NCBI RefSeq assembly: GCF_029945925.1
Contig: NZ_JAQSDN010000049.1
Coordinates: 97,679-161,678, forward strand
Length of the DNA stretch: 64,000 nucleotides
From: Polaromonas sp.
GTDB lineage: Bacteria > Pseudomonadota > Gammaproteobacteria > Burkholderiales > Burkholderiaceae_C
Reading direction: 5' to 3'
Shown: positions 48,595-58,385 of the stretch, one piece after another
Layout: each line of letters begins with the position of its first letter
Numbering within the stretch: the first letter of the stretch is position 1
Program-made: the position numbers and the translations under genes
Notes under the pieces: generated by a model
What the model was told of the DNA's origin: nothing
The model's input: the letters and a program-made list of their open reading frames with translations, nothing else
Databases searched by the model: none

Positions 48595-48767
48595 GATTTC
48601 CTTGTCCGGGGATATCGCGTGACGATCCTTGGGTAAGTCAGCCCCGTTGCCAGGGGACCGCAGGGGCATACTGTGTCCAATCGTTAACTAATCACGGACT
48701 TTACAGGCACAGTGAAATGGTCAACCAGCAGAAGAAACCCCTTGCGGTCCTTCTTACAATCATTTGA

Positions 48768-49796
48768 ATGCCGGGTAATCATTCTTTTTTAAGTCGGGTG
48801 TCGCTCCGTCGGCGGTCTCAAATCCAGTTAATGGGGTGGGGCGCGGCGGGTTTGGTGACGCTCGTCGTGATGGTGCTGCTGGAGGCGCCTGCTTGGGCAC
48901 ACAGCCTGTTCCTGTTGCTATGGTGCGTGGTGTGGGGAACGGCCTTGGCATGGTTGCCTGCGCCAGAAGCAGGGATCAACCCAGCTGCGCCACCCATTAC
49001 ACCGACTGAGGTGATGAGTGCTCCTGAGTCGGCGGTGTCTGACGACGACCGCGTGCCCGCCTTGAGCGAGGCCGACCAAGAAGTCTTGCGTTATGCCTTG
49101 TCACACGACTTGAGGGCGCCGTTGCGCGTGGTCGATGGTTTCACGCGCATCCTCAAAGAGGATTACGGCAAGGTGCTGGACCGGGTTGGCAATGACCACC
49201 TGGACCGTGTGCTTGCAGCCTCCACCCGCATGAGCGGCATGATCGACGCTATCCTGGCGCAGGCTCAACTGGCACGGGAGCCCGTGGGGCGCGAGTGCAT
49301 TGACCTCAGCTTGCTGGCGAAAGAGGTCGTCAAGGACCTGTCCGATCTGGAGCGCGACGAAGGGTTGGCGACCGGTCAGGCGAGTCGGCGCGCCGAGTTC
49401 AGGGTGGCCGATGGCATGGTGGCCGAGGCCGATCCCACGCTGGTGCGGCGCGTGTTGGACAACCTGATGGGCAATGCCTTGAAATACAGCGCCAAGGTGG
49501 ATCACCCGTGCATCGAAGTTGGGGTGATGCCAGCCACTAATCCAGCGGTGTTTTACGTGAAGGACAACGGCGCCGGTTTTGACATGCAGCACGCTGACAA
49601 GTTGTTTGGCTTGTTCCAGCGGCTGCACAGTGCCAAGGAGTTCCCAGGCACCGGGGTGGGCCTGGCGGGCGTCAAGAACATCATCGCGCGCCACGAAGGC
49701 CGTGTGTGGGCCGAAGCCCAGTCAGGGAAGGGCGCCTGCTTCTACTTCACGCTGATCAGCGCCGCACAAGCGCAAGCCCATAGGCGCCTGGACTGA
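48768..49796 (+). CDS. Small membrane-anchored histidine kinase (HisKA + HATPase_c), no cognate regulator adjacent
   Basis: Two N-terminal TM segments; H-box LSHDLRAPLRVVDGF; N-box MGNALKYS; G-box GTGVGLAGVKNII. Start is uncertain (ATG 48768 or 48831; no clear SD). Confidence 0.8.
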   Translation: MPGNHSFLSRVSLRRRSQIQLMGWGAAGLVTLVVMVLLEAPAWAHSLFLLLWCVVWGTALAWLPAPEAGINPAAPPITPTEVMSAPESAVSDDDRVPALSEADQEVLRYALSHDLRAPLRVVDGFTRILKEDYGKVLDRVGNDHLDRVLAASTRMSGMIDAILAQAQLAREPVGRECIDLSLLAKEVVKDLSDLERDEGLATGQASRRAEFRVADGMVAEADPTLVRRVLDNLMGNALKYSAKVDHPCIEVGVMPATNPAVFYVKDNGAGFDMQHADKLFGLFQRLHSAKEFPGTGVGLAGVKNIIARHEGRVWAEAQSGKGACFYFTLISAAQAQAHRRLD

Positions 49797-49811
49797 AATG
49801 CTTCGGTTCGG

Positions 49812-50450
49812 TCAGTTCAGCGGCCCCAAGCCGGACAAAACTTCCTGAGCGTCCAAGAGGCGTTCACACCAGGCCTCGGTGGTGCGACCTTCTTGCTGCG
49901 CCTGTTTGCGCAAGCGATCCAGGGCCTGGCCGCGCCCCAGCGAATGCCGGTGCATGACGATGCCCACGGCCAGCGCCACGGTCTGCGCCAAAGGATCTGC
50001 GCTTGACGCGGATGCGGACGTTTTGGCCTGGGTGGCCGTCTGCGTGGCCTGGGCTTCCGCTTCGGCGGCGTTTTTGCGCCGGTTGGCGAAGGCGGATTCC
50101 ACGGCAGGCACGATCTGCTGGATGTCCAGCGGCTTGACCAGGTAGGTCACGGCGCCCAGCTCCTTGACCTGCGCTACCGTGGCCTCGTCGGCAAAAGCCG
50201 ACAGGAACATGAAGGGGATCTGGCAATACTCGCGCAGGTAGGCGGCCACGTCGAAGCCGGTTTTGCCTTCCATGCGGATGTCCAGCAGGGCCAGTTCGGG
50301 CTTGTGTTCGTGGGCCAGCAGGATGGCGTCGTCGCCGTTGTCGGCGTCGATCACCTCGTAGCCGGCTTGTGACAGGCCATGGGTCAACGTGGCCAGCACC
50401 AGCCGATCATCGTCTACCACCAAAATTTTGCCTTTGTGATTCACGTCCAT
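49812..50450 (-). CDS. Response regulator with ANTAR RNA-binding output domain (PdtaR/AmiR-like)
   Basis: REC domain: KILVVDDDRLV...LALLDIRMEGKTG...YLVKP. C-terminal ANTAR-like helices: LAVGIVMHRHSLGRGQALDRLRKQAQQEGRTTEAWCERLL. Confidence 0.88.
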   Translation of the reverse strand: MDVNHKGKILVVDDDRLVLATLTHGLSQAGYEVIDADNGDDAILLAHEHKPELALLDIRMEGKTGFDVAAYLREYCQIPFMFLSAFADEATVAQVKELGAVTYLVKPLDIQQIVPAVESAFANRRKNAAEAEAQATQTATQAKTSASASSADPLAQTVALAVGIVMHRHSLGRGQALDRLRKQAQQEGRTTEAWCERLLDAQEVLSGLGPLN

Positions 50451-50543
50451 CCTCGTTGGGCCGAGAAGCCCTGGAACGCGGCGAAGGCCCAGGGCCTCAG
50501 ATCACGTCAAGACTGATTCGCCATTTTGCACGGCATTCCTCCC

Positions 50544-53171
50544 TCATTGTGGCCAAAGTGCAATCTGCTGGCCAGAGGGAGCACCCGGGATGTGGGGGGT
50601 GAGCACCAAACTGACGCCCGGCGGGTTCAGCTCGATTCGGGTCACGACCTGTTCGCCCTCCTGCGTCATGCTGAGCTTGGAGCTGCGGCGGGGCAGCAGG
50701 GCTCGGACCAGCCCCAGCCCAGACACGCCGCCAGGAACCCGGTGAACGTTGAAGCCTTCGGGCAGCACGCCCGTGTTGCGGATCTCGATGCAGACCTGTT
50801 GTTCACTGCAGAGCATGGAGCAGGTCAGGGACTCGCCAGCCTGCCCATGCTTGTGGGCGTTGGTGAGCAGTTCATTGAGGCTGAGCGCGATGGGGATGGA
50901 TTCGGCTTCCGGCAGTTGCCAATCCGAGGTGTTGCAGCCTTCCACCACCAGGGTGATGGTTCGGTTGAAGGTGCGCTGCACCGACTGTGCAATCGCTTCG
51001 ATGACGTTTTTCAGGCGCAATGGGCCGCCCGCGCCCACCTGTAGTCCATAGACCTGGGCGATGGCCTGAACCTGGCCGACCACCTCGGAGATGGCCGAGG
51101 CGACTTCCGGCTTGCGGGCCGCGATCTGCTGCAGCAGTCCGGCCACGCCTTGCAGGTTGTTCTTGATGCGGTGGTGCACTTCCTTGACCAGCATTTCACG
51201 CTGCGCAATGGCGGCCTCCAGCCGGGCTTGCTCGGCGGCGCGTTGCTCGCTGACATCCGAGGCCACCAGCAGCAGTTGGTCGGCGGTCTGGCCATCGTGT
51301 GACAAGGGCAGGTAGCTGACGTCCCAGGTTTGCATGCCCGAGCCTTGCTCGAATTTGTACTCGCGCTGCAGTGGTTTGGCCGAATCGAGGGCCCTGAGCA
51401 TGTCCGCGCGCAATTGCCGCCCCCGGTCTGCGCCGTGGATCTGCTCTGGGGTCAAGCCGGGTGCCCTGGCGGGCTCGATCTTCATGAACGCCGAGGCGGC
51501 CTGGTTGGCCTGGATCACGGTCAGGGTTTTGGCGTCGCACAGCGTGATGGTCATGGGTGCCATCTCGATGATGCGCTGCAGGGTGGCTTGAGCTTCCACC
51601 GTCAGGGCCTCGGCTTCGCGGCGCCGGTCGATGTCCATCAGGGCATAGGTGATCTGGCGCTCGTTGAACTCACCGAGGGTGACCACGGCGTTGCCGACGA
51701 CCCAGAAGACGCGCCCGTCCCGGCCCATGACTTGGCATTCGAAGGTGTGGGACTGGCCATCGAGCAGGTCGTCCAGGTAGCCGGTCAGGCGGAAGGGGTG
51801 GTCAATGTCGGGCGTGGCGACGGTGCTGAGCGGGTGCCCCAGAAAGTCGGGCAGGTCGCCACCGAACATGCGCCGGGCTGAGCGGTTCATCCAGGCGATG
51901 CCGCCCGAATCCAGCGTGACGATGCCCACGAACACCGAGTCCAGGATGGCGCGGGTGCGGTCGGCTTGCAGTGTGAGGTTCTGCTCGGCGCGGTGGCGGT
52001 CGTCGACATTGACGAAGGAGGCAATGAAACCTTCTTCAGGGTGGTCGGGCTTGACCAGGCGCAGGTTGACTTCGGCCCACAAGGGCGTGCCGCGAGGATG
52101 CCGCAGGGCCCGCTCGCCTTGCCAGTGGCCTTGCTCGCTGAGCTGCGCCAGGATCTGGTCGTCGGTTCTGGCGAGGGTGCTGGTATCGACATCGGTGATG
52201 TACAGGCTGGCGAGGGGCCGGCCCGCCATGTCCTGGTGGTCCAGTCCCAGCAAGCTGGCCAGGGCCGGGTTGGCGCTGTGCACCAGGCCGTCGCGCACGA
52301 AGGCGATGCCCACGCCGGACATGGTGAACATCAGGTCGCGGTCGCGGCCCAGGGCTTCCAACTGGGCTTGTTGCGAGCGGATGCGCGTGATGTCCGACAG
52401 CACGGCAATCACTTCCAGGGTGTCGGTGCGGGGGCCGATGCGGCGCACCGACAGCGCATACCAGCGCGTGGGGTAGCCCGGAGCGACGATTTCCAGCTCG
52501 CTTTCGAACTGGCCGGTGCTCAGCAACTCGACCTTGGACTGATCGACGACGCGGCGGATGCGCGGATCGCTGTCCAGCAAGGCGTCCAGGTGCTGCCCAG
52601 TCAAGGTGCCGGGGCTCAAGCCCAGCATGCGTTCGAAGCGGCGGTTGCAACGCACCAGGATGTTGTCGCGCAGGTAGGCGATGCCGGCGGGGCTGCTTTC
52701 GAGGATGGTGCGCAACTCGTGCAGCAACTGGTCCTGGTCGAACCCCATCATGCCGGTGGGTTCGCCGCTGGTGTTGGTGAAGTCGGGTGGGCGCGGCGTC
52801 TGCACCACGAAGGCCATGGGGTTGGTGTCGTGCACCACACACAGAAAGCGCTCGGGCTGGCCTGCCAAGCGTGGGTGGGCATGGACCTCGCTGCGCAGAT
52901 AGCGTTGGTTGGCGGTGCCCTGGGCGACGCAGGCCAGGTTGCTCAAGGGCGGTGCGCCAGGCGCCAGGCCCAGCAAGGCCAGTGGGGCATCCCAGCCGGT
53001 GAGTTTTTGCAGCGCTTCAGACTCATGGCCCAGCAGCGCGCCAGGGGCCACGGCTTTGCCCATCAGTGTGGCAAAGGCCGCGTTGCTGCGCAGCAGGCGG
53101 CCATGTTCGTCGAATTCAACCAAGGCCTGGGGCACCAGATCGAACCAAGCGTCGTCGAGGCGGTTGCTCAT
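50544..53171 (-). CDS. Multi-PAS sensor histidine kinase with HisKA_2-type DHp (PdtaS-like)
   Basis: About five PAS-like repeats, then H-box EVHHRIKNNLQGVAGLL (HisKA_2 signature) and an ATPase domain (NELLTNAHKHG ... SGLGLVRAL). Start at ATG 53171. The ORF-track start at 53618 runs through apbC and was rejected. Confidence 0.85.
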   Translation of the reverse strand: MSNRLDDAWFDLVPQALVEFDEHGRLLRSNAAFATLMGKAVAPGALLGHESEALQKLTGWDAPLALLGLAPGAPPLSNLACVAQGTANQRYLRSEVHAHPRLAGQPERFLCVVHDTNPMAFVVQTPRPPDFTNTSGEPTGMMGFDQDQLLHELRTILESSPAGIAYLRDNILVRCNRRFERMLGLSPGTLTGQHLDALLDSDPRIRRVVDQSKVELLSTGQFESELEIVAPGYPTRWYALSVRRIGPRTDTLEVIAVLSDITRIRSQQAQLEALGRDRDLMFTMSGVGIAFVRDGLVHSANPALASLLGLDHQDMAGRPLASLYITDVDTSTLARTDDQILAQLSEQGHWQGERALRHPRGTPLWAEVNLRLVKPDHPEEGFIASFVNVDDRHRAEQNLTLQADRTRAILDSVFVGIVTLDSGGIAWMNRSARRMFGGDLPDFLGHPLSTVATPDIDHPFRLTGYLDDLLDGQSHTFECQVMGRDGRVFWVVGNAVVTLGEFNERQITYALMDIDRRREAEALTVEAQATLQRIIEMAPMTITLCDAKTLTVIQANQAASAFMKIEPARAPGLTPEQIHGADRGRQLRADMLRALDSAKPLQREYKFEQGSGMQTWDVSYLPLSHDGQTADQLLLVASDVSEQRAAEQARLEAAIAQREMLVKEVHHRIKNNLQGVAGLLQQIAARKPEVASAISEVVGQVQAIAQVYGLQVGAGGPLRLKNVIEAIAQSVQRTFNRTITLVVEGCNTSDWQLPEAESIPIALSLNELLTNAHKHGQAGESLTCSMLCSEQQVCIEIRNTGVLPEGFNVHRVPGGVSGLGLVRALLPRRSSKLSMTQEGEQVVTRIELNPPGVSLVLTPHIPGAPSGQQIALWPQ

Positions 53172-53197
53172 GACTGGGCGGCGGGTCTTGAAGGAGG

Positions 53198-54316
53198 TCA
53201 GGCTTTGGGCGCGACGGTCACGCCCGGCAACTTGCCCGAATAGTCTCTGGGCAACTTGGACAAGCCGGCGGCCAGGCGTTGGGCCATGTCCTTGTACAGG
53301 CCCGCCAGCCTGCCGTTCGGGTCGGCCGCGACGGTGGGGTTGCCGCTGTCGGCCTGCTGGCGAATGTTCAGGTCCAAAGGCATGGAGCCCAGCGAGGGCA
53401 CGCCGGTCTCTTCGGCCAGGCGTTTGCCGCCGTCTTCGCCAAAGATGTGGGCTTCGTGGCCGCATTGGGGGCAGTGGTAGGTGGCCATGTTCTCGACCAC
53501 GCCCAGCACCGGCACGCCCACTTTCTCGAACATGCGCAGGCCCTTGCGGGCGTCCAGCAGGGCGATGTCCTGCGGGGTGGTGACAATCACGGCGGCGGTG
53601 AGCGGGGCGCGTTGGCACAGGGTCAGGTGGATGTCACCGGTGCCAGGTGGCATGTCGACGATGAGGTAGTCCAGTGGCTCATCGGTGGCGCCCCAGCGGG
53701 TCTGGCGCAGCAGTTGTTCAACCGCCTGGGTGGCCATGGGGCCGCGCCAGATGGTGGGTGCGTTCTCGTCGATGAGCAGGCCGATCGACATCATCTGCAG
53801 GCCGTGATTGCGCAGCGGCTCGATGCTTTTGCCGTCGGGGCTGTCCGGGCGGCCGCTCAGGCCCATCATCAGGGGTTGGCTGGGGCCGTAGATGTCGGCG
53901 TCGAGCATTCCCACGCTGGCGCCTTCAGCGGCCAGGGCCAGGGCCAGGTTGATGGCGGTGGTGCTTTTGCCCACACCGCCTTTGCCGGAGGCGATGCCGA
54001 TCAGGTTTTTCACGCCCGGCAGAGGGGCTTGGCCGCGCGGCGCGGCATGCGTCTGAACCTTGGTGCTCCAGTTCACTTCCACGTTGGAAATGCCGGGCAC
54101 GTCGTCAAGCGCTTGCATGACCAGGGCCGTGTAGGCGGGCCAGCGCGACGGGGCCGGGTAGCCCAGGGTAATGTCCACGGTGGCTTGACCTTGTTCCACC
54201 CGCAGCGATTTGAGCTGCTTGCCGCTGACCCAATCCTGATCGGTCAGGGGGTCGATGACGGCGCTGAGCGCGGCGCGTGCGGCGGTTTCTAAGGCGGATG
54301 GTGCGGGTAGGGTCAT
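53198..54316 (-). CDS. apbC: Iron-sulfur cluster carrier ATPase ApbC/Mrp
   Basis: P-loop ASGKGGVGKSTTA and CPQCGH motif; divergent from metG as in E. coli mrp-metG. Confidence 0.93.
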   Translation of the reverse strand: MTLPAPSALETAARAALSAVIDPLTDQDWVSGKQLKSLRVEQGQATVDITLGYPAPSRWPAYTALVMQALDDVPGISNVEVNWSTKVQTHAAPRGQAPLPGVKNLIGIASGKGGVGKSTTAINLALALAAEGASVGMLDADIYGPSQPLMMGLSGRPDSPDGKSIEPLRNHGLQMMSIGLLIDENAPTIWRGPMATQAVEQLLRQTRWGATDEPLDYLIVDMPPGTGDIHLTLCQRAPLTAAVIVTTPQDIALLDARKGLRMFEKVGVPVLGVVENMATYHCPQCGHEAHIFGEDGGKRLAEETGVPSLGSMPLDLNIRQQADSGNPTVAADPNGRLAGLYKDMAQRLAAGLSKLPRDYSGKLPGVTVAPKA

Positions 54317-54426
54317 GCTGGCAAAGTCGGTGGGCAGGCGAGGAGGGAAGATGGATGTGAAAACTAATCCAGGCAGTCAGTCTAGCGCGGCCTAAAATCA
54401 CGGACTTTCCCCAAGCCCTTGTCGCC

Positions 54427-56595
54427 ATGCCACGTCAGCTCTTTGTCACGACAGCCCTGCCTTATGCCAACGGCCACTTTCACGTGGGCCACATCATGGA
54501 GTACATCCAGGCCGACATCTGGGTGCGGTTCCAGCGCATGCAAGGGCACCGCGTTCACTTCGTGGGGGCGGACGATGCCCACGGCGCCCCCATCATGATC
54601 GCGGCTGAAAAAGCTGGCAAGACGCCGCAACAGTTTGTGGCCGACATCGCGGCGGGCCGCAAGCCTTACCTGGACGGTTTTCACATCGCGTTCGACCATT
54701 GGTCGTCCACCGACAGCCCGGAAAATCATTCGCTGGCGAAAGAGATTTACGGGGCCCTGCGCGAGGCGGGCCTGATCACCGTGCGTCCGGTCGAACAGTT
54801 CTTCGACCCCGAGAAGAGCATGTTCCTGCCCGACCGCTTCATCAAGGGCGAGTGCCCCAAGTGCGGCGCCAAGGATCAATATGGCGATTCGTGCGAGGTG
54901 TGCGGTGCGGTGTATTCGCCCATCGAACTGAAGAACCCCTATTCGGCCCTGAGCGGTGCCACGCCGGTGCGCAAGACCAGCGACCACTATTTCTTCAAGT
55001 TGTCCGATCCGCGCTGCGCCGAGTTCCTGGAGGCCTGGACGCAAGATGGCAAGCTGCAATCCGAGGTCGGCAACAAGATCCGCGAGTGGTTCACCAAAGA
55101 TGAAAACGGCGAGGGTGGCCTGAGCGATTGGGACATCAGCCGCGACGCACCTTACTTTGGCATCGAGATTCCTGATTTACCCAAGGACTCGCCGGGCAAG
55201 TATTTCTACGTGTGGCTGGACGCGCCGGTAGGCTACTTGGCCTCGCTGAAAAGTTATTTCGCCCACGGTGGCCCCAAGGCCAAGTATGGCGAGACCCGCA
55301 GTTTTGATGAGTTCATGGCCGACCCGGCGGTGGAGCAGGTGCACTTCATCGGCAAGGACATCACCTACTTCCACACCCTGTTCTGGCCCGCGATGCTGAA
55401 GTTCAGCGGCCGCAAGCTGCCGTCGCAAGTCAATGTGCATGGCTTCATGACCATCAACAACGGCGACAAGATGAGCAAGAGCCGAGGCACCGGCCTGGAC
55501 CCGCTCAAGTACCTGAGCCTGGGCATGAACCCCGAATGGCTGCGTTACTACATCGCCGCCAAGCTCAACAGCAAGGTCGAAGATGTGGATTTCAACCCCG
55601 AAGACTTCGTGGCGCGCGTCAACAGCGACCTGGTGGGCAAGTACGTCAACATCGCCAGCCGCTGCTCCAACTTCATCCACAAGTACTTTGAAGGCAACCT
55701 GGCGCACCTGGATGCGGGCGACGAAGGCAAGCTGCAAGAGATGATCCCGCTGCAGGCCGTGATCAGCCGCGAAGCCGTGATCGCCGAGTCGCTCGACAAG
55801 CGCGAGTTCGGCAAGGCCTTGCGCGACATCATGGCCGCCGCCGACGAGATCAACCAGTACTTCGACACGGCCAAGCCTTGGGAGCTGGCGAAGGACAGCG
55901 CCCAGCATGCCGCGAACAGCGCCTTGCACGAAGTGCTCTCGGCCTGCATGGAAGGCTTCAAGTATTTGACGCTGTTCCTCAGCCCCATCCTGCCGGATGT
56001 CACCCGCCGTGCCTTTGACTTCCTGGGCTTTGACCAGCCCTTGAACTGGGCCGAACGTGCCACGCCGGTCACCACCATCCGCAAGTACGAACACCTGATG
56101 ACCCGGGTCGATCCGAAGATGCTGGAAGCGCTGTTCGAGCCCCCAGCACCTGCCGTGGTCGAGGCCCCCAAGCCCGGCGGCGGGATTAAAGCCCCCATGC
56201 CCCCCGAGGGGGAGCACCTGGCCTTGGGGCGGCCCGGCGGCGAGGAGATCGCCCCCACGATCACCATCGACGATTTCGCCAAGGTCGATCTGCGCATTGC
56301 CAAGATCGTCAACGCCGAGCATATCGAGGGCTCCGACAAGCTGTTGCGCCTGACGCTGGATGTGGGCGAAGGCCGCATGCGCAATGTCTTCAGCGGCATC
56401 AAGTCGGCCTACAAGCCCGAAGACTTGGTCGGCAAGCTGACCGTGATGGTGGCCAACCTGGCGCCGCGCAAGATGAAGTTCGGCATCAGCGAAGGCATGG
56501 TGCTGGCCGGCTCGCACGCCGATGAGAAGGCCCATCCCGGCATCTACGTGCTGGAACCCTTCCCCGGCGCACAACCCGGTATGCGCGTCCGCTAA
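54427..56595 (+). CDS. metG: Methionine--tRNA ligase
   Basis: HIGH region ([11 protein letters not shown]), zinc knuckles [23 protein letters not shown] (DKMSKSRG), and a C-terminal tRNA-binding domain ([27 protein letters not shown]). Confidence 0.97.
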   Translation: MPRQLFVTTALPYANGHFHVGHIMEYIQADIWVRFQRMQGHRVHFVGADDAHGAPIMIAAEKAGKTPQQFVADIAAGRKPYLDGFHIAFDHWSSTDSPENHSLAKEIYGALREAGLITVRPVEQFFDPEKSMFLPDRFIKGECPKCGAKDQYGDSCEVCGAVYSPIELKNPYSALSGATPVRKTSDHYFFKLSDPRCAEFLEAWTQDGKLQSEVGNKIREWFTKDENGEGGLSDWDISRDAPYFGIEIPDLPKDSPGKYFYVWLDAPVGYLASLKSYFAHGGPKAKYGETRSFDEFMADPAVEQVHFIGKDITYFHTLFWPAMLKFSGRKLPSQVNVHGFMTINNGDKMSKSRGTGLDPLKYLSLGMNPEWLRYYIAAKLNSKVEDVDFNPEDFVARVNSDLVGKYVNIASRCSNFIHKYFEGNLAHLDAGDEGKLQEMIPLQAVISREAVIAESLDKREFGKALRDIMAAADEINQYFDTAKPWELAKDSAQHAANSALHEVLSACMEGFKYLTLFLSPILPDVTRRAFDFLGFDQPLNWAERATPVTTIRKYEHLMTRVDPKMLEALFEPPAPAVVEAPKPGGGIKAPMPPEGEHLALGRPGGEEIAPTITIDDFAKVDLRIAKIVNAEHIEGSDKLLRLTLDVGEGRMRNVFSGIKSAYKPEDLVGKLTVMVANLAPRKMKFGISEGMVLAGSHADEKAHPGIYVLEPFPGAQPGMRVR
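56198..56240. repeat. Copy of the nuoF-nuoG REP-like element embedded in frame in the metG linker
   Basis: TGCCCCCCGAGGGGG (56198-56212) and CCTTGGGGCGGCCCGGCGG (56222-56240) are identical to 15038-15052 and 15061-15079. Here they are translated as [15 protein letters not shown]. Confidence 0.7.
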
Positions 56596-56634
56596 ACCGA
56601 GATCTGGCACAAGGCTTGCTCACCTGAACGCCCT

Positions 56635-58344
56635 ATGAGCCGCCTTTTGCCGACGACCTGGATCAGGCGTTTGGGCCTTGACCTGGCCCCTTTCCGACCC
56701 CGCCTGCTGGACGACCTGAAGGGCTACAACCGGGGCCGGTTCATGGCCGACCTGGGGGCGGGCCTCACGGTGGGCATCGTGGCCTTGCCATTGGCCATGG
56801 CCTTCGCGATCGCCTCGGGGGTCAAGCCAGAAGCAGGCTTGTTCACCGCCATCATCGCGGGCTTTCTGATCTCAGCCCTGGGCGGATCCAGCGTGCAGAT
56901 TGGGGGGCCGGCGGGCGCCTTCATCGTCATCGTCTACGGTATCGTTCAGCATTACGGCGTGGCCAACCTGCTGATCTCCACCGTGATGGCGGGCATGCTG
57001 TTGTTCGTGCTGGGCCTGTTCCGCCTGGGCGTGCTGGTGCGGTACATCCCGGTCAGCATCGTCATCGGTTTCACCAATGGCATCGCGGTGCTGATCGCCT
57101 TGTCTCAGTTCAAGGACCTGCTGGGCTTGAGCCCCGAGCGCATGCCGGCTGATTTTGTCGGGCAGATCATGACCATCGCCGCCCATGCGCATGAGTTCAA
57201 TCCCTTTGCCTTGGGGCTGGGTGTGTTGACGGTGCTGTGCCTGTGGGCTTGGCCCCGGATGTTCTCGCCCGGGCGCATGCTGCCCAAGATCATGCTGGAG
57301 GCCCGCTCTTTCCGCCTGGCGTCTCGCATGCCGGCGCCCATGGTGGTCTTGCTGGTGCTGACCGTGGTGGCCACGTTGCTGCAACTGCCGGTGGCCACCA
57401 TCGGCTCTCGTTTTGGTGGCATCCCCCAGGCCTTGCCGCACCTGGCCTGGCCAGATTTCAGCTGGGAGGGCGTGCGCAATCTGTTCATTCCCACGATCAC
57501 GATTGCCTTGCTGGGCGCGATCGAGTCCTTGCTGTGTGCCCGCGTGGCCGACAACCTCACGGACCTGCGGCGTCACAACCCCAACCAGGAACTGATGGCG
57601 CAAGGCGTGGCCAACATGGTGGCGCCGTTCTTCGGCGGCATTCCGGCCACGGGCACCATCGCCCGGACGGTGACCAATGTGCGGGCCGGCGCCACCAGCC
57701 CGGTGGCCGGCATGGTCCATGCCTTGGCTTTGCTGCTGATCGTGCTGGTGGCCGCGCCCTTGGCTGTTCACGTGCCTTTGCCGGTGCTGTCGGGCATTTT
57801 GCTGTTCGTGGCCTGGAACATGGGTGAGTGGCGCGAGTTCATCAAGCTGCGCCACTTCAACTACACCTACCGAACCATTCTGGTTGGCACTTTTTTGCTG
57901 ACCGTCATTTTTGACCTGACCGTGGCGGTGGAGGTGGGCCTGGTGCTGGCCTGCGTGTTCTTCATTTACCGCATGAGCACGCTCTTCCGCATCGAGCCAT
58001 TGGCCATGGTCGATCCACAAATCGCGGTGTTCAAGTTGTATGGCGTGTTGTTTTTTGGCGCGGTGGGCAAGGTCGAGGACCTGGCCGACCAGTTGCCATC
58101 GAGTGCCCGCGTGGTGGTGCTGGAAGCTCACCGGCTGATCGCGATCGACACCTCCGGGCTGGAGGCTTTGCTCCAGTTGCGGCGTGCCCTGGCGCGCCAG
58201 GACATCCCACTGGTGCTGTGCGAAGTCAACGAGCAACCGCTGGGCTTGATCCACCGGGCTCACCATGATGAAACTTTGGGCGCGGCCAATGTGGTCAAGG
58301 ATTTGCCCTCGGCCTTGCTGCGGGCGCATCAATTGATTCAGTGA
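56635..58344 (+). CDS. SulP-family anion transporter with C-terminal STAS domain
   Basis: GLTVGIVALPLAMAFAIASG and multi-TM core; STAS-like tail (VVVLEAHRLIAIDTSGLEALLQL). Confidence 0.9.
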   Translation: MSRLLPTTWIRRLGLDLAPFRPRLLDDLKGYNRGRFMADLGAGLTVGIVALPLAMAFAIASGVKPEAGLFTAIIAGFLISALGGSSVQIGGPAGAFIVIVYGIVQHYGVANLLISTVMAGMLLFVLGLFRLGVLVRYIPVSIVIGFTNGIAVLIALSQFKDLLGLSPERMPADFVGQIMTIAAHAHEFNPFALGLGVLTVLCLWAWPRMFSPGRMLPKIMLEARSFRLASRMPAPMVVLLVLTVVATLLQLPVATIGSRFGGIPQALPHLAWPDFSWEGVRNLFIPTITIALLGAIESLLCARVADNLTDLRRHNPNQELMAQGVANMVAPFFGGIPATGTIARTVTNVRAGATSPVAGMVHALALLLIVLVAAPLAVHVPLPVLSGILLFVAWNMGEWREFIKLRHFNYTYRTILVGTFLLTVIFDLTVAVEVGLVLACVFFIYRMSTLFRIEPLAMVDPQIAVFKLYGVLFFGAVGKVEDLADQLPSSARVVVLEAHRLIAIDTSGLEALLQLRRALARQDIPLVLCEVNEQPLGLIHRAHHDETLGAANVVKDLPSALLRAHQLIQ

Positions 58345-58385
58345 TTTGGTGAGTGCCATGCGTGCCTTGCTGTGAGCCGCGGGCC

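Noticed and set aside
48595-50543. Looked for ANTAR dual-hexaloop (A-x-x-G-x-x) antiterminator targets. Searched the intergenic regions flanking the ANTAR regulator, the hybrid-kinase leader, and other hairpins (36336-36378, 38713-39080, 29937-29990, 40606-40623, 63300-63319).
   Set aside because: Hexaloops found (GCTAGA, GTTATT/AATAAC, CTTTGT/ACAAAG, TTCAAG, GCGCCA) do not fit A1/G4, and none occurs as a tandem pair overlapping a terminator. This is by-eye inspection only, so a computational search is still needed.
53172-53618. N-terminal 149-codon extension of the PAS kinase ORF given by the ORF track.
   Set aside because: It overlaps the 3' third of apbC in another frame and translates to an Arg/Pro/Gly-rich string. 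The first PAS-like sequence begins at MSNRLDDAWF (ATG 53171), just after the apbC stop.
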